A DNA stretch of 64,000 nucleotides from the NCBI GenBank assembly GCA_050084515.1, contig CM114271.1, positions 21,018,001-21,082,000 of the forward strand, written 5' to 3'. The stretch is from Blasia pusilla (Eukaryota). Positions within the stretch are counted from its first letter, which is position 1; each line of letters begins with the position of its first letter. The position numbers and the translations under genes were made by a program. Below the pieces are notes generated by a model. That model worked only from the letters and a program-made list of their open reading frames with translations, was not told where the DNA came from and searched no databases. Below are positions 49,760 to 60,949 of this stretch, in pieces.

Positions 49760-51519
49760 GTATTTGATTCTTTTGTTTGCTTTAACTGCAGATTTTAAAT
49801 TATCTCACTAGTGATGTTGTCAATCCTCTAATCTAACCTTTCTCTGATGTAAGGAGATGGCTCTGCCCTTAGGAATTCTTCATCCTAACTGTTAATTTCA
49901 TTTCATTGCTAGTCATGGTATGTTGTATTGTTTTGAACCATCAGTGCTCTTAAAGTGGCAGTTAGAAACACGCGGATATTTCTGTGGTTAAGATGTACTT
50001 GCAAGGTTGCCCAAAGATAGCTAATTCGGTTTCTGAAAATGTCCACGTTTGCAGTGATTGGAGGAGCGTGATTGCTACTAATGAAGAATAATTTTGGGCT
50101 CTATGTATAGAGAGTCAAAGATAATATGGGATGCAGAAACAAGACCGTGAACGAAGGATTATTTTTTGTGTGCTGCAAGCCTGTGCATGGTGTCTTATGG
50201 ATAGTTAGAGAAGAGTTATCATGTCCCTTCTCGAGGAAAATTGTCATCACTCTCAATCAAAGTCTCATCACCACTACTTTTATAGTTGGGTGAAGAAATT
50301 TTTGGTAGCTACCCAAATGCCCAAGGAAATGACAAGGAAAAAGTTTTGATTCATCAGAGATCCTGCAACGTGTGTAAGCAAGCTGTAGGGTAGGTATGCA
50401 ATTCCAAGGGCTAGTTGATACGAAGTCAAGGGAGTGGAATTTACCTACTCCCTTCATGTCTTGTGCATTCTGGGCTTTGGCAACATCCAAGAACATCCGA
50501 GTTCAGTAGGCATTGAAGCAGTATGAAGTCTCGAACCTCCATGGGAAAGCCCTGGCTGTTGTGGAGGTCTGATAAAAAGCCAAGAGCACCTTTGATGTAC
50601 ATATTCTGTGTAAACAAGAATGGATGATGGTTGTGAGTTAGGCTCTTGGTTCTTCAAGCAGTCGGGTGGCCGAAATGAGATGTAGACTATTCCCTTTGAC
50701 TTGAAATGTGCAATTAACCACTGATTGTGTACCTCCCAATCAACTATGGTGTCCTGGGTTGTTATTACAGCTCCTTACTCTTTCAGCATGCAGCTCTTGA
50801 TGCAATGGACCAAAGATGTCGAACCTGGATGTGCTGTTCTTTGTAGTAGTACTCTGCACATATTACTTCGGAAAGCCCCGGAGAAAGTGGACGAATATTG
50901 GTCATCTTACAGGGGTTATCATGGAGGGAACATCTCTCTAAGAAAGAGCTAGAGTTTCAATTCAGGAAGCGAGACGACTTTTCTCCAGTATCAAGACATG
51001 TGGTCTTAGTTGTGAAGATGTCATTCGTGGCCGAATAGTAGGGCCTTGTCTTGCGTAGCTGCTCCAACTCCAAGAAGATGGTAAGAAAGGACATCCTTCT
51101 AAGCGCACTTTAATTCAAGTGGATGGAGAAAGAGACACACAAACTACAGGAGCCTACAACAATTCACTTTCTTCTTGATAGGCAATTTAGATATGACAAA
51201 AATCAGTATGGTAAAACTTTCCCTCAAAACAAGTGTCCTTTTGAATATGCTTTTATTTAATGTGATCCTTGTGGGAGGTCTTAGAGTGGTCTTGTAATTT
51301 TTAGGCACACATTTAGACAGTGAGGTTTCCATTGGGGGCACCTTGGACCTCCGGACTTGATGGGGTTTGGTATTTTCGCATTTAAAGACGCTTCTTGAAC
51401 ATAGCAACAATGGATGTTGTTTGCAACTTTCATGGTAATTAGTTCCTCTCCTCCATAATAGTTCTCCTTTATTGCTCACTTTTGGCGTAACATCCTTATC
51501 TACATTCATTGTCTCTTAT

Positions 51520-51662
51520 TGAGAGAGAGAGAGTGTACACTCATTCAGTAGTGCATGTGGTGGCCTGGCGACCATAGACCCTGTGTCCTGGTTGGACGGT
51601 GGTTGAGAGTGGGGTGCCCTGGTTGGACGCTGGTTGAGAGTGGGATGGGTGCAGAGAGAGGA

Positions 51663-51693
<31 letters not shown>

Positions 51694-51812
51694 TAAGTAC
51701 TCATTAAGTATTGCTTGTTGTAACCTTGCAACCGTAGACCCTGCGCACTGGTTGGACGGTGCTTGAGACTGGGATGGATGGAGAGAGATGAGCAAGTGAA
51801 GAAGGTACCATA

Positions 51813-51845
<33 letters not shown>
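51520..51845. repeat. Diverged tandem duplication (~160-170 bp) punctuated by (GA)n tracts
   Basis: (GA)n-ACTCATT.AGTA.TGC.TG...AGACCCTG...CTGGTTGGACGGTG.TTGAGA.TGGG occurs twice, with an extra internal CTGGTTGGACG.TGGTTGAGAGTGGG copy. Confidence 0.8.
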
Positions 51846-51848
<3 letters not shown>

Positions 51849-53330
51849 TAATTAACATGCTGTCTTGCTACAATAGTTTTGCTGTTTTCCAATCTATTGT
51901 TCCTCCCAACAAGAAACATTCAGCGACTACATTTGTGAGGAGCTTCTTTCTTGCTCATGTATACCAAAATTGTGAGCTACAAGCTAGCTAGATCGGGAGC
52001 TACTATATGTAATTGCACAAGATAATGTGGTTGCTCACTTTCATCTCTACTACTCAATAAAAAGTCACTCGTTGCTCATTTCTTTCTTGCTCCTATTGTT
52101 CCCACTAACAAACACCATAACACACACATAACATCTTATTCCATACACTAACACACTTGAAATGAAATGTGTGTTGGTACAACGTAGAAATTTTATGGCG
52201 GGTCGGGATAGCTTGGCTCTTTTTGAATTTGATTGAAAAAAATTATGTCATTATTTATTTGCGGTCCTCTACTCAGAATTACATTTTTATTAAGCGAGAA
52301 GGTATTTACTATGGTCAATGCAATGAACTTTATGGAACTAATAATGCCTTTAAGTAGGGAGTATACCTTTTGGACAATTTCTCCGTGCAAGATCGAGAGC
52401 AAGTTTGTTTCCAAGATGAACATCATCATAAATACACAAAAATCCACAAAAGGAAAGAAACTATAAAAGTCAAATGAGAACTATCTATCTTCATCAAAGA
52501 AGCATTTTGGAATTAAGAAAGTTGATACTCTTATGAGAGTTTTAGAAAGTTCGAATATAGCATAGTACCAAATACGTTGTCTTTTGTTGATAAGTGAGTT
52601 TGGAAACATAACAAACATTGAGGAAAGAATTTATTGAATGTGTCACGTCTTTTATAGTGGAACGATAAGGTCATGTGAGAAGTTTTGATAGAAATTAGAG
52701 GCGGAGTCCAGTAGGTCATGGATGACCTACTAAGGAGTAGGATAACCTACTATAATAGGTTTCCATTATGTATAGATCCATTTGGAGGTCATATGAGGAA
52801 CTTACTCTTATACTTACATGTGTGGTCGTATGAGCGGGCTCAAGTGCGGGCCGGGCATGTCCGTCCCATGGACGGATTTATCCATTTTGTGCAACCTTGA
52901 TTGTAGGTTTATGATCAATTGATGACTTTGGTGCCCAAGTTACCAAGGAAAGGACTTTGAGAAAGAATTTGGTGCACAAGTCACTAAAGGGGAAGAATTT
53001 GAAGAAGACTTGGAAGAGGACCAAAGGGAGGACTTTGGGAAAGACTTTGAAGATGACCAAAGCGAGGATTTGGGAGAAGAGGGTATATCTCAAGGAGAGT
53101 GAGCTTGGAGAGCTCATTCCCTCCTTGTTGAACCTCTTGAGCATGAGCCGTTGGAGCTATGGTGCTCTTTACCTTGTGAGTAATCCCATCCTCTCAATAT
53201 GAGAGTGGGTTTGGTTTGACAAGAGAGAAAGAGGGAGTGTGCATGAGAGCTATGGAGCTCCTTATATATTGTGTGAGATTTTTCATATATTTTACAATGA
53301 GAGAATGACTGAGCTCCACAATGCGACGGT

Positions 53331-53334
<4 letters not shown>

Positions 53335-53408
<74 letters not shown>
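53335..53408. repeat. (GA)37 microsatellite
   Basis: Uninterrupted GA run. Confidence 0.97.
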
Positions 53409-53411
<3 letters not shown>

Positions 53412-53637
53412 GTTGGTGTCTTTGCTGGTTTGCAGGTTGGGGACCGTGTTCCCTGCTCAAGAACGTGTGAGGTTGTTCTCAAGAGCACCACATTGTTGAC
53501 CACAATTTATGTGGGAGAAATGAGCGGGGAAGTATGGCCGATTTTTTGATGAATCTGGGGTGATGATCATCACTGTTGCCAATAGTAGATTGGAGTTCCA
53601 CGACACGCTGCCAATTTCTCCGCCATACTGCTCATGG

Positions 53638-55692
53638 CAACACCACACGATCTTAATCATGGAGTCGCACCACGTCATCAAGTGACATGCTATTATAATT
53701 GTAGTTGTATCGTGCTGCCGTAACTGCACCACATCATTGATTAGAATGAAATTGCGTTAGTATCAAGGAGGACGATTAATCAACCATTGGAGGAGTTTGG
53801 TCCTACGACCAAGTTGGGGTCGTGTTATAGTTGCCGAGAAGCGACATCAACGTTGTTTCAGGTTATCCATCTTAGGAACTTGTCTTGCACTTGTGAGAGA
53901 TTTTGAGTGTTAGGTGTTTGTCATAGAGTTTGGTTTGATGGGATGCTGTGAGCATCGTTGATGTATAAGAGTAGGGGACATAGACCTGTGTGGGATGCTC
54001 ATAGTGATATTTTTTCCCTATGTTGACTAGGGGATAGCTCAATGTAGATTATTGCCGCACCATACCGCTTGTTGTTGTGTTATACACATCCCATAGTGAG
54101 GGAGTGTAGGTTTGAGTGCCGCACATTTGTTGTTTCAAGTGACTAAGAGTTTAGAAGTAAGGATGATAGTGACTGTGTGAGAGGTGCACAAGTGTCACCA
54201 CGGTGTCCTTTCGTGAATATGAGAGGCGACGTGTTGAGAGTAGCACCGAAGGGCTTACACAGATTGGCGTGAGGTATCAAGGGTCTCCCCAAGAGGGACC
54301 AACTCGAAACCTCCTCCATGTTATTTTCAAACATAGAAGAGGCTTCAGAGGAGGAGTTCCCAATTGTGTCACTTAAGGCATTGAGTGGTTCCAACCCATG
54401 GGCGTACGAGATGGATGATCGAGATAGAGGACCATGTAGGTTTTTGGGAGGCGTGGGAACCATGGAGTTATATGACTTTGTTGCGGAGTTTTGAAGCTGG
54501 TGCGATTGAAGGGCAAGGAATTACCAGGAGTTCAACCCCTTTACAATTTGGAATGACGTGTTTCAACACTTGGAGGGACCATGGCTAGATGACTACCACG
54601 AGTTGTCGGCCACTTTTTCGGCAAAGATCGAGGCTTGGAGACTTTACTACTTCGGATGAACTAAATTGGATGATGCAACTGCTCTTGAGTGAGCTATCCC
54701 TCCTTGGGCTTCAATGCTAGCAAAGGAGGTAGCCTTTCCCATCTCCTCCTCATCATCTACAAATAGTTATGTCCATGACACAAAGTGTGGATCGCAGTAA
54801 AGTTTCCAAGCCTCGATCTCCGCCGAAAAAATGGCTGAAAACTCATGGTAGTAATCCATCGGCGGTCCCTTCAAGTGTTGAAACATGCTGTTCCATGCTG
54901 TAAAGGGTTGAACTCTCCTTGATTCCTTGTCCTTTGGGAGTCGCACCAACTTTGAAACTTTGCAATGAAGTTTTGCAACTTGATGGTCCCGACAGGTCCC
55001 GAATACCTATGTGGTCCTCTACCTCGGTCATCCATCTCGTACGCCCACGGGTTGGAACCACTCAATGCCTTGAGTGACAAAGTTGGAAACTCCTCCCTTG
55101 AAGCCCTATCAAGGGTCTCCCCAAGAGGGACCAACTTGGCCACCCTCTATGCCATCTTCAAACGGAGGAGAGGCTTCAGAGGAGGAGTTCCCAACTCCGT
55201 CACCCAAGATGTTGAGTGGTTCCAACCCGTGGGCGTACGAGATGAATGATCGAGGTAGAGGACCACGTAGGTATTCGGGAGATGTAGGGGCATAGACAAA
55301 TATCACTATGAGCATCCCATATAAGTCTATGCCCACTACTCTTATACATCAACAATGCTTATAACATCCCCTCAAACCAAAACTCTATGAAAAACACCTA
55401 ACACTCAAAATCCCTCACAATTGCAAGACAAGTGCATAAGATGGATAACTTGAAACAACGCCAATGTTGCTCCTCCAAAACTATAACTCAACCCCAACTT
55501 GGTCGTAGGACCAAACTCCTCCAATGGTTGATTAGTCATCCTCCTTGATACTAAGGCAATTTAATTTTCCTCAATAATGTGGTGCTGTCATGACCAGTAT
55601 AGTGTGGCAACGGCGGCACGATATGGCTAAAATTTAACGGCATGCTACTTGACAACTTGGTGCACCTCCATGCTGAGGGACCGTGCGGTGCG
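53638..55692. mobile_element. Foldback of two opposed retrotransposon-like fragments (5' region + gag-like start)
   Basis: Left arm ~53638-54650 and right arm ~54795-55692 are reverse complements (e.g. TTAGTATCAAGGAGGA...GGTCCTACGACCAAGTTGGGGT vs ACCCCAACTTGGTCGTAGGACC...TCCTCCTTGATACTAA). Both encode a decayed peptide (F.SWCD...EFNP...FQHL.GP..DDYHE...IEAW). The gag identity is inferred. Confidence 0.75.
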
Positions 55693-56299
55693 GCTTTTGG
55701 CTCCCTTACACTCGTTGTCCTTGCTATTTATGATGCCAATACGTAGTTGCTCAATAACTTCCTCATCATAATATGCATCATGACTAGAAAGACTCCATCA
55801 ATGTGCAGAGAAGGATTTACAGGGTTTCCTTGAAGGGGATGTTCCTCAAAACAAGTTCCATGATTTCTGCACCAAATTAGCACACCGCTAATTGACCTTT
55901 GGATATAAGGACTCACCATATGACCTCTCTATTGAAGTAAATACATCTTGTTGACCTAGCAAAGACAATAGATACAAACTTGTCGTACTCTATCAACAAC
56001 TTCACTAGTTTATGAATAGTAATGAGCGTGAAGTTTGTTTTGAAATAAGTACGACACGAAATTTTCCACAACCCACACTACATCAAAACAATTACACTCT
56101 TCATCATAACAATTAAACTTTGATTCTATAGTGGTTTTTGATTGGCTAGCGTAAGCCTTGTCGTGCACATACACATCCCTACACAACATACATCGTGGTC
56201 ACTAATGAACATACACAAATTGTCAAATACTAGCCTAACTCAATCATCCACCAAATATAATCATGGAGGCAAACTGTCTTCAAAATATCTCCATTTCCC

Positions 56300-56890
56300 C
56301 AATGGGACTTTGTCATTGATGGGGCATCATTTAAGGAATATGTTGGTCATGGTGGAACATTTGTCTAAGTGAATTGAGTTGGTGGCATTACCAAAGAAGG
56401 AGAATGAAGGGAAACTTATGCATTTTTGGATCGCATGCTTAGTCATCACAATCCATTAGCAAAGGTGTTGATTGACAACCATACCAAGTTAAGAGGAGAG
56501 TTTTAAGTGTTGTGTGATAGTGCCCTAAATGATCCTCGTACAATGTCTAGAAATTATCTTGAGGTGAATGGGTTGGCAGAAAGAATAGTACACATGATGA
56601 AGAGAGATTATGAAAGTCTAGCTTGCAGAGAGAACATTTTAGGGAATGCCATCTATAGTTTCCATTGTTGGCTATGGGATACCACTTATGTAGGCATGAA
56701 TTTGTGATAATATTTTTACCGTAAGTTTTGCTCTATGGGAGAGATCTAGACTTACGTAGAGATATTCGATGTGATATGATAGAGTTTTTGAATGTTGATG
56801 ATCATGATCAATATGAATGTAGTCATGTTCTTAACGGGTGGAGATTTTCTATAGAGTCTTGTCTATGTCATTTGAGAACTCGACAACTCG
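56300..56890 (+). mobile_element. Decayed Ty3/Gypsy integrase core fragment
   Basis: Translation across stops: YAFLDRMLSHH.PLAKVLIDNHTKLRGEF*VLCDSALNDPRTMSRNYLEVNGLAERIVHMMKR, matching the rve D...E region (TD.G.EF / NGLAER). Confidence 0.8.
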
Positions 56891-58589
56891 TCGTGGATAG
56901 CTAACTCTATGGCGTCCGTGAGTCATGATTGTGGATCCAAGTAGGAAAGCTCTTGGTATGACCCACCAAAGTCGAAACCTAGACTAGCTAGTCGCAAGAA
57001 TGGGAAGGGGGGCAGAACCAACCGTGAGACTAACACTAGGCGAGATGCGCGTGTGTACGTCTTATGAGTGACCTAAAGTGAGAAAGGGAAAAGCTACTCA
57101 TTGGGATAAAGGAAGCCAAGCAAAGTTTGAGAACTTGGAGCCCAGCACCAAGTCAAGGGCGAGACACAAGGAAAGCGTGAGTAGTTCATATGGGTGAGAC
57201 GCCTCATATCAACCATTTTTGTTTTGATTTTATTATATGATCTGAAATTATGTGTGAGTGTATTTTGTATGTAAAAATATTTTCATATAGAAACATGGAT
57301 AGTATGTATAATATGTATATGATAAACAACATAGATTGGCTACCAATGTGTATATATATGATATCTATCATTTTATTATTCAGTTTTCAAAATTAATGGA
57401 GACAATTGTAAGGTCTTCAATAATTGTTACTCCATTGTACTGACTTATTGCCAAGAGAAGCTTCACAAATGGCTATCAATGAAGTTTTCATGTACTTATG
57501 TCATTATACTACTCTAGAACTAGTATGAATCTCCTTGAGATGAGAATCCTCTATGATGGCGACCAGAATAGTAGCTTATGATGTTGGCCTTAAAGATTTA
57601 AGAATCAACATCAAATGCAACCACAAGCCAAAATCTCCTACGATTTTGGCTTGTTGTTGCATTTCATGCTGATTCATAGGTCATTAAAATTTGGGTTCTC
57701 CTTACCATTGTTAACCAACTCTCCCTCATAACCCTTGTGAATTGTCACAACCACTTACACCTCTACCATGATTTCCTTTCTTTGAATTGAATGAGGTACT
57801 ACCACCTCTAGATGAGCTATGGACCACCACCAAGAAAGGAGACCTGAAAAAAATGGGAGGGGCTGAAGGTGAATAGGTACGGTTGAGGGCTACGTCTGTT
57901 GATGCTGCAAAACAAAGAGGATCATAGGACAACAAGGGTTACGAGTCTAAATTTCAACCACTTGCACTCGAGGGTTGGGATGACTTGACCCATTCAGATA
58001 CTACTTGCTGCCAGCAGGCATCGATTCATTCATGTCACCCAGCAGATAGCATGGAAATTAAAGCTGTACCACTGGCCCATGAGAATACCAGCAGGTCCAC
58101 TTAGTGAAGCCATGGGCCGGAGTTCTTCCCTTACAACACAAAAGAGTAGTTCACTCGCAACTCGTCTACATCCTCTTTTGGCTCTTCTCCTATCCTCGCA
58201 ATCACTATCTCTGAAATGACTGACATGTATTTATGCTTCAGTCACCATCAAGTGACTTGACAGATCAGTCTGGAATTGCAAATGCTCCTGGAAACCTGTT
58301 TAAGGTGGAGGCACGTCTGCTGCATCATTCTCAGTCCCGTGGGGAGCACAGTTGGCACTGTTGTTTGCAGGTCTGAAGCTGACCCTCTTCAGTGCAAAGG
58401 TCATGTTGAGGGATGGCAGAATTGTGGAAGAGAACACACCAATTCATCCATCTCTCCAAATGTTAATTACTTGCAGAAGTTTTCATCTGCATGCGCAACT
58501 CCCGTAACGAATGCCAACTGGATTTAAGCATGTGTATGCAATGCTTGTGCACATTGGTGACAGTGGGAGATGTACAATAAAAAGTAAAT

Positions 58590-59915
58590 TGATATCTAAA
58601 CGTTCAGCCAAGACATCTTGCTCTGAGAATAGGCCCAGATATATGGATCACTTAAAAACAAACACAAGCAAAAACTAGGATGACTGTGCAAAGGGATAAT
58701 GTAGAGGCTGCTGTTGGAGAGGAGGATAGTTTAGTTCCAAGAGACGGAAGGATCACTTGCAACTCCCAACCCCTGGCCAAAGGACACCGACACGCTCTTC
58801 CTGAAATACACCGACAAGAAAGGCTAAGAGAATTCTAGAGTAGTACTGGCAGATTTACGGAAATCAGTTTTGCCAACAGACAGAGATAACACTAGAATAG
58901 TGATGGAAGTGCACAAGCAAGTTCTCTACATTGTTTTCATTTCCGCTGACCTCAACAATACGCTCAGACGGCCAATTGGCTGTCACCGGATCACACTAGA
59001 ATCCTGATTCCTGAAAGAAATTGTCGCTGTATTGCAACAGAGGATTTCACTCACAAGGAGTAACAAAGTCGTAACAGAGTTTGTCAGAGATTATGGGTAG
59101 CTTTCTACGTCACTACAAAAGCCTGCTCCTCATCTTTTGGGCCAACACAGCCAATTACATGCTCTGAAATACAAAATTCTTTTACAGATTCCAGGCACTT
59201 GACCTTACTCTCATCTCGTGGTCGATCTCAACACCCAAATCGAAGATATCTCCTCTGGTTATTGCACCAGCTACATCAATTCTCTGTAACGTCCATCTCT
59301 CGTTCTTATTGCTTGAGGTAGCCTAGTAAAGACATTCCATTGTCCAGATTGCATCTGCATGTAATGCAGTACTCTAAAGTGGTTGACCTTGACACAGACC
59401 GTAAAAAATAAGAACGTCAGTGGCGAGTCCTTTCTCACTGGTTTCTCATAAATGTGAGAAGAATCCTTCCATTAGTCTACTCTATTTCCTCAATCCGTTG
59501 TTGCCAGAAAGGCTACAACTGCTGTTTTCGAATTTGCTGGTAGTGCAGTTGCAGTTGAGGCTGTGGAAAAGCCATACCATATCCACCATCCACAAAATTT
59601 TTCAGCCCGTCCCACAAACAATCCCCAACCAATTAAATCTTCTCTCCTTCTTATCAATACACTCTTCAACGCCAAAAGAAACTTCTCTTCAAACAGGAGA
59701 CAATGTTGAAAGCCTCCAATGATTACAAGTAAACCCAGACACGTACCGCTTCTAAAATCACACAGCTTTAGAGAAGCCGGGCGAGAAACAAAAGCCTACG
59801 CCCACGGAATGTATCAAGTCAGGAGGTGACATCGCGGTGTCCAAACCCACAAACGCAAGCTATGTCCCATCCAGGTCCTAAACATAAATTTTCCAATTAA
59901 CGACTAGTCGAAATC
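58590..59915 (-). pseudogene. Inverted partial duplicate of the NF-YC gene
   Basis: Reverse-complement homology to NF-YC intron 1/exon 2 (~59400-59915), the second half of exon 4 (~59205-59300) and exon 5 plus following intron (~58590-58803). Introns are retained. Exon 3 and the first half of exon 4 are missing, and there are indels. Confidence 0.88.
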
Positions 59916-60736
59916 TGACTTACATGCAAGAAAGCCCATGTGGCCACACCACTTGTTTCCTTGCACGAGAGAGAAAGCCCCAATACACATCCAACGCACT
60001 TCACATCCTCTCGGGGTCAGACCAGAAGCACGTACGGTATCTCCAAACAGTAAATCTGCTCTTGTATCTCTCTCCCTGACCCGGAAAAACCCTCCCTAGT
60101 ATCTCACACCGTCCAACAGGGTTCGAGGTCTATGGTCGCAAGGCTAGAACGGGGGCTACTGGATGAGAGGTGTCTCTCTGGTGGTCCTCGTTTCCTTGTC
60201 ACTGCTCGAGCTTGGCTCCGAGTTTTCTATTTGCACTTGCTGTAAGATAGATGAACGCTCCTCTGGTGTACGAGCGTCTTGCAAGTGGCGATTGCTGTTT
60301 CATTCTCACCGCATCGACTATAGGCACTTGTGTTAGATAGATACATGTTCTTTGCTGTACGAGATTTGGTTGGCACTACATTTCTTCAGAGTCCCGAGCG
60401 TCCGGGTTTCTAGATTTTCTGTGGCGTACAACTCTCTAGTCACTCATCTCTTACCAGCCTCCCAGATTCAATTCAAACCTTGGCGGGCAGCAATGCACGT
60501 GTTTAGGACATGAGTTGAAATTTGAGCACAAGAGATCCGAGAACTCGTGGAATAGAGCCACAAAAGTGTCATGATTAAGTGAATGTCAAGAAAGAAACGA
60601 CGACTCAGTAGAATCCAAAAGTGCCGGATATCCTCTCACTTCGGGCACAATTCTACACAGTGAGATCAGCGAAGACAGTCTGACTGACCCCCTCAATTGC
60701 CGCGCTGTGTCTTCCTGTGCATCCACACAATTTTCC

Positions 60737-60949
60737 TCAGCTCGTATCTTTGTGTTTGGACTCCAGCGCCGACCCCTCCAGGCGCATCTCTTTCACCACC
60801 ACAGCTAGCGCCTCGGGATTCACGCCGTGTTCACAGAGCGCGATCAAAATTGAGAGTGTGTGTCTATCCAATTTTGTATTTAGCAGCGACGCCATCGCGT
60901 ACACGACGTCCAATGCCTCCCGGGCCCGCGCCACTCCCACCCCATCCAT
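60737..60949 (-). CDS. MZT1: Mitotic-spindle organizing protein 1 (MOZART1 / GCP3-interacting protein GIP1), 70 aa
   Basis: [56 protein letters not shown] carries the MOZART1 signature (LL.T.LDR.TLS...[14 protein letters not shown]). First ATG at 60949. Confidence 0.95.
   Translation of the reverse strand: MDGVGVARAREALDVVYAMASLLNTKLDRHTLSILIALCEHGVNPEALAVVVKEMRLEGSALESKHKDTS

Noticed and set aside
22388-60949. Functional microtubule gene cluster (TBCC + MZT1)
   Set aside because: The genes are ~37 kb apart with unrelated genes between; coincidence is sufficient.
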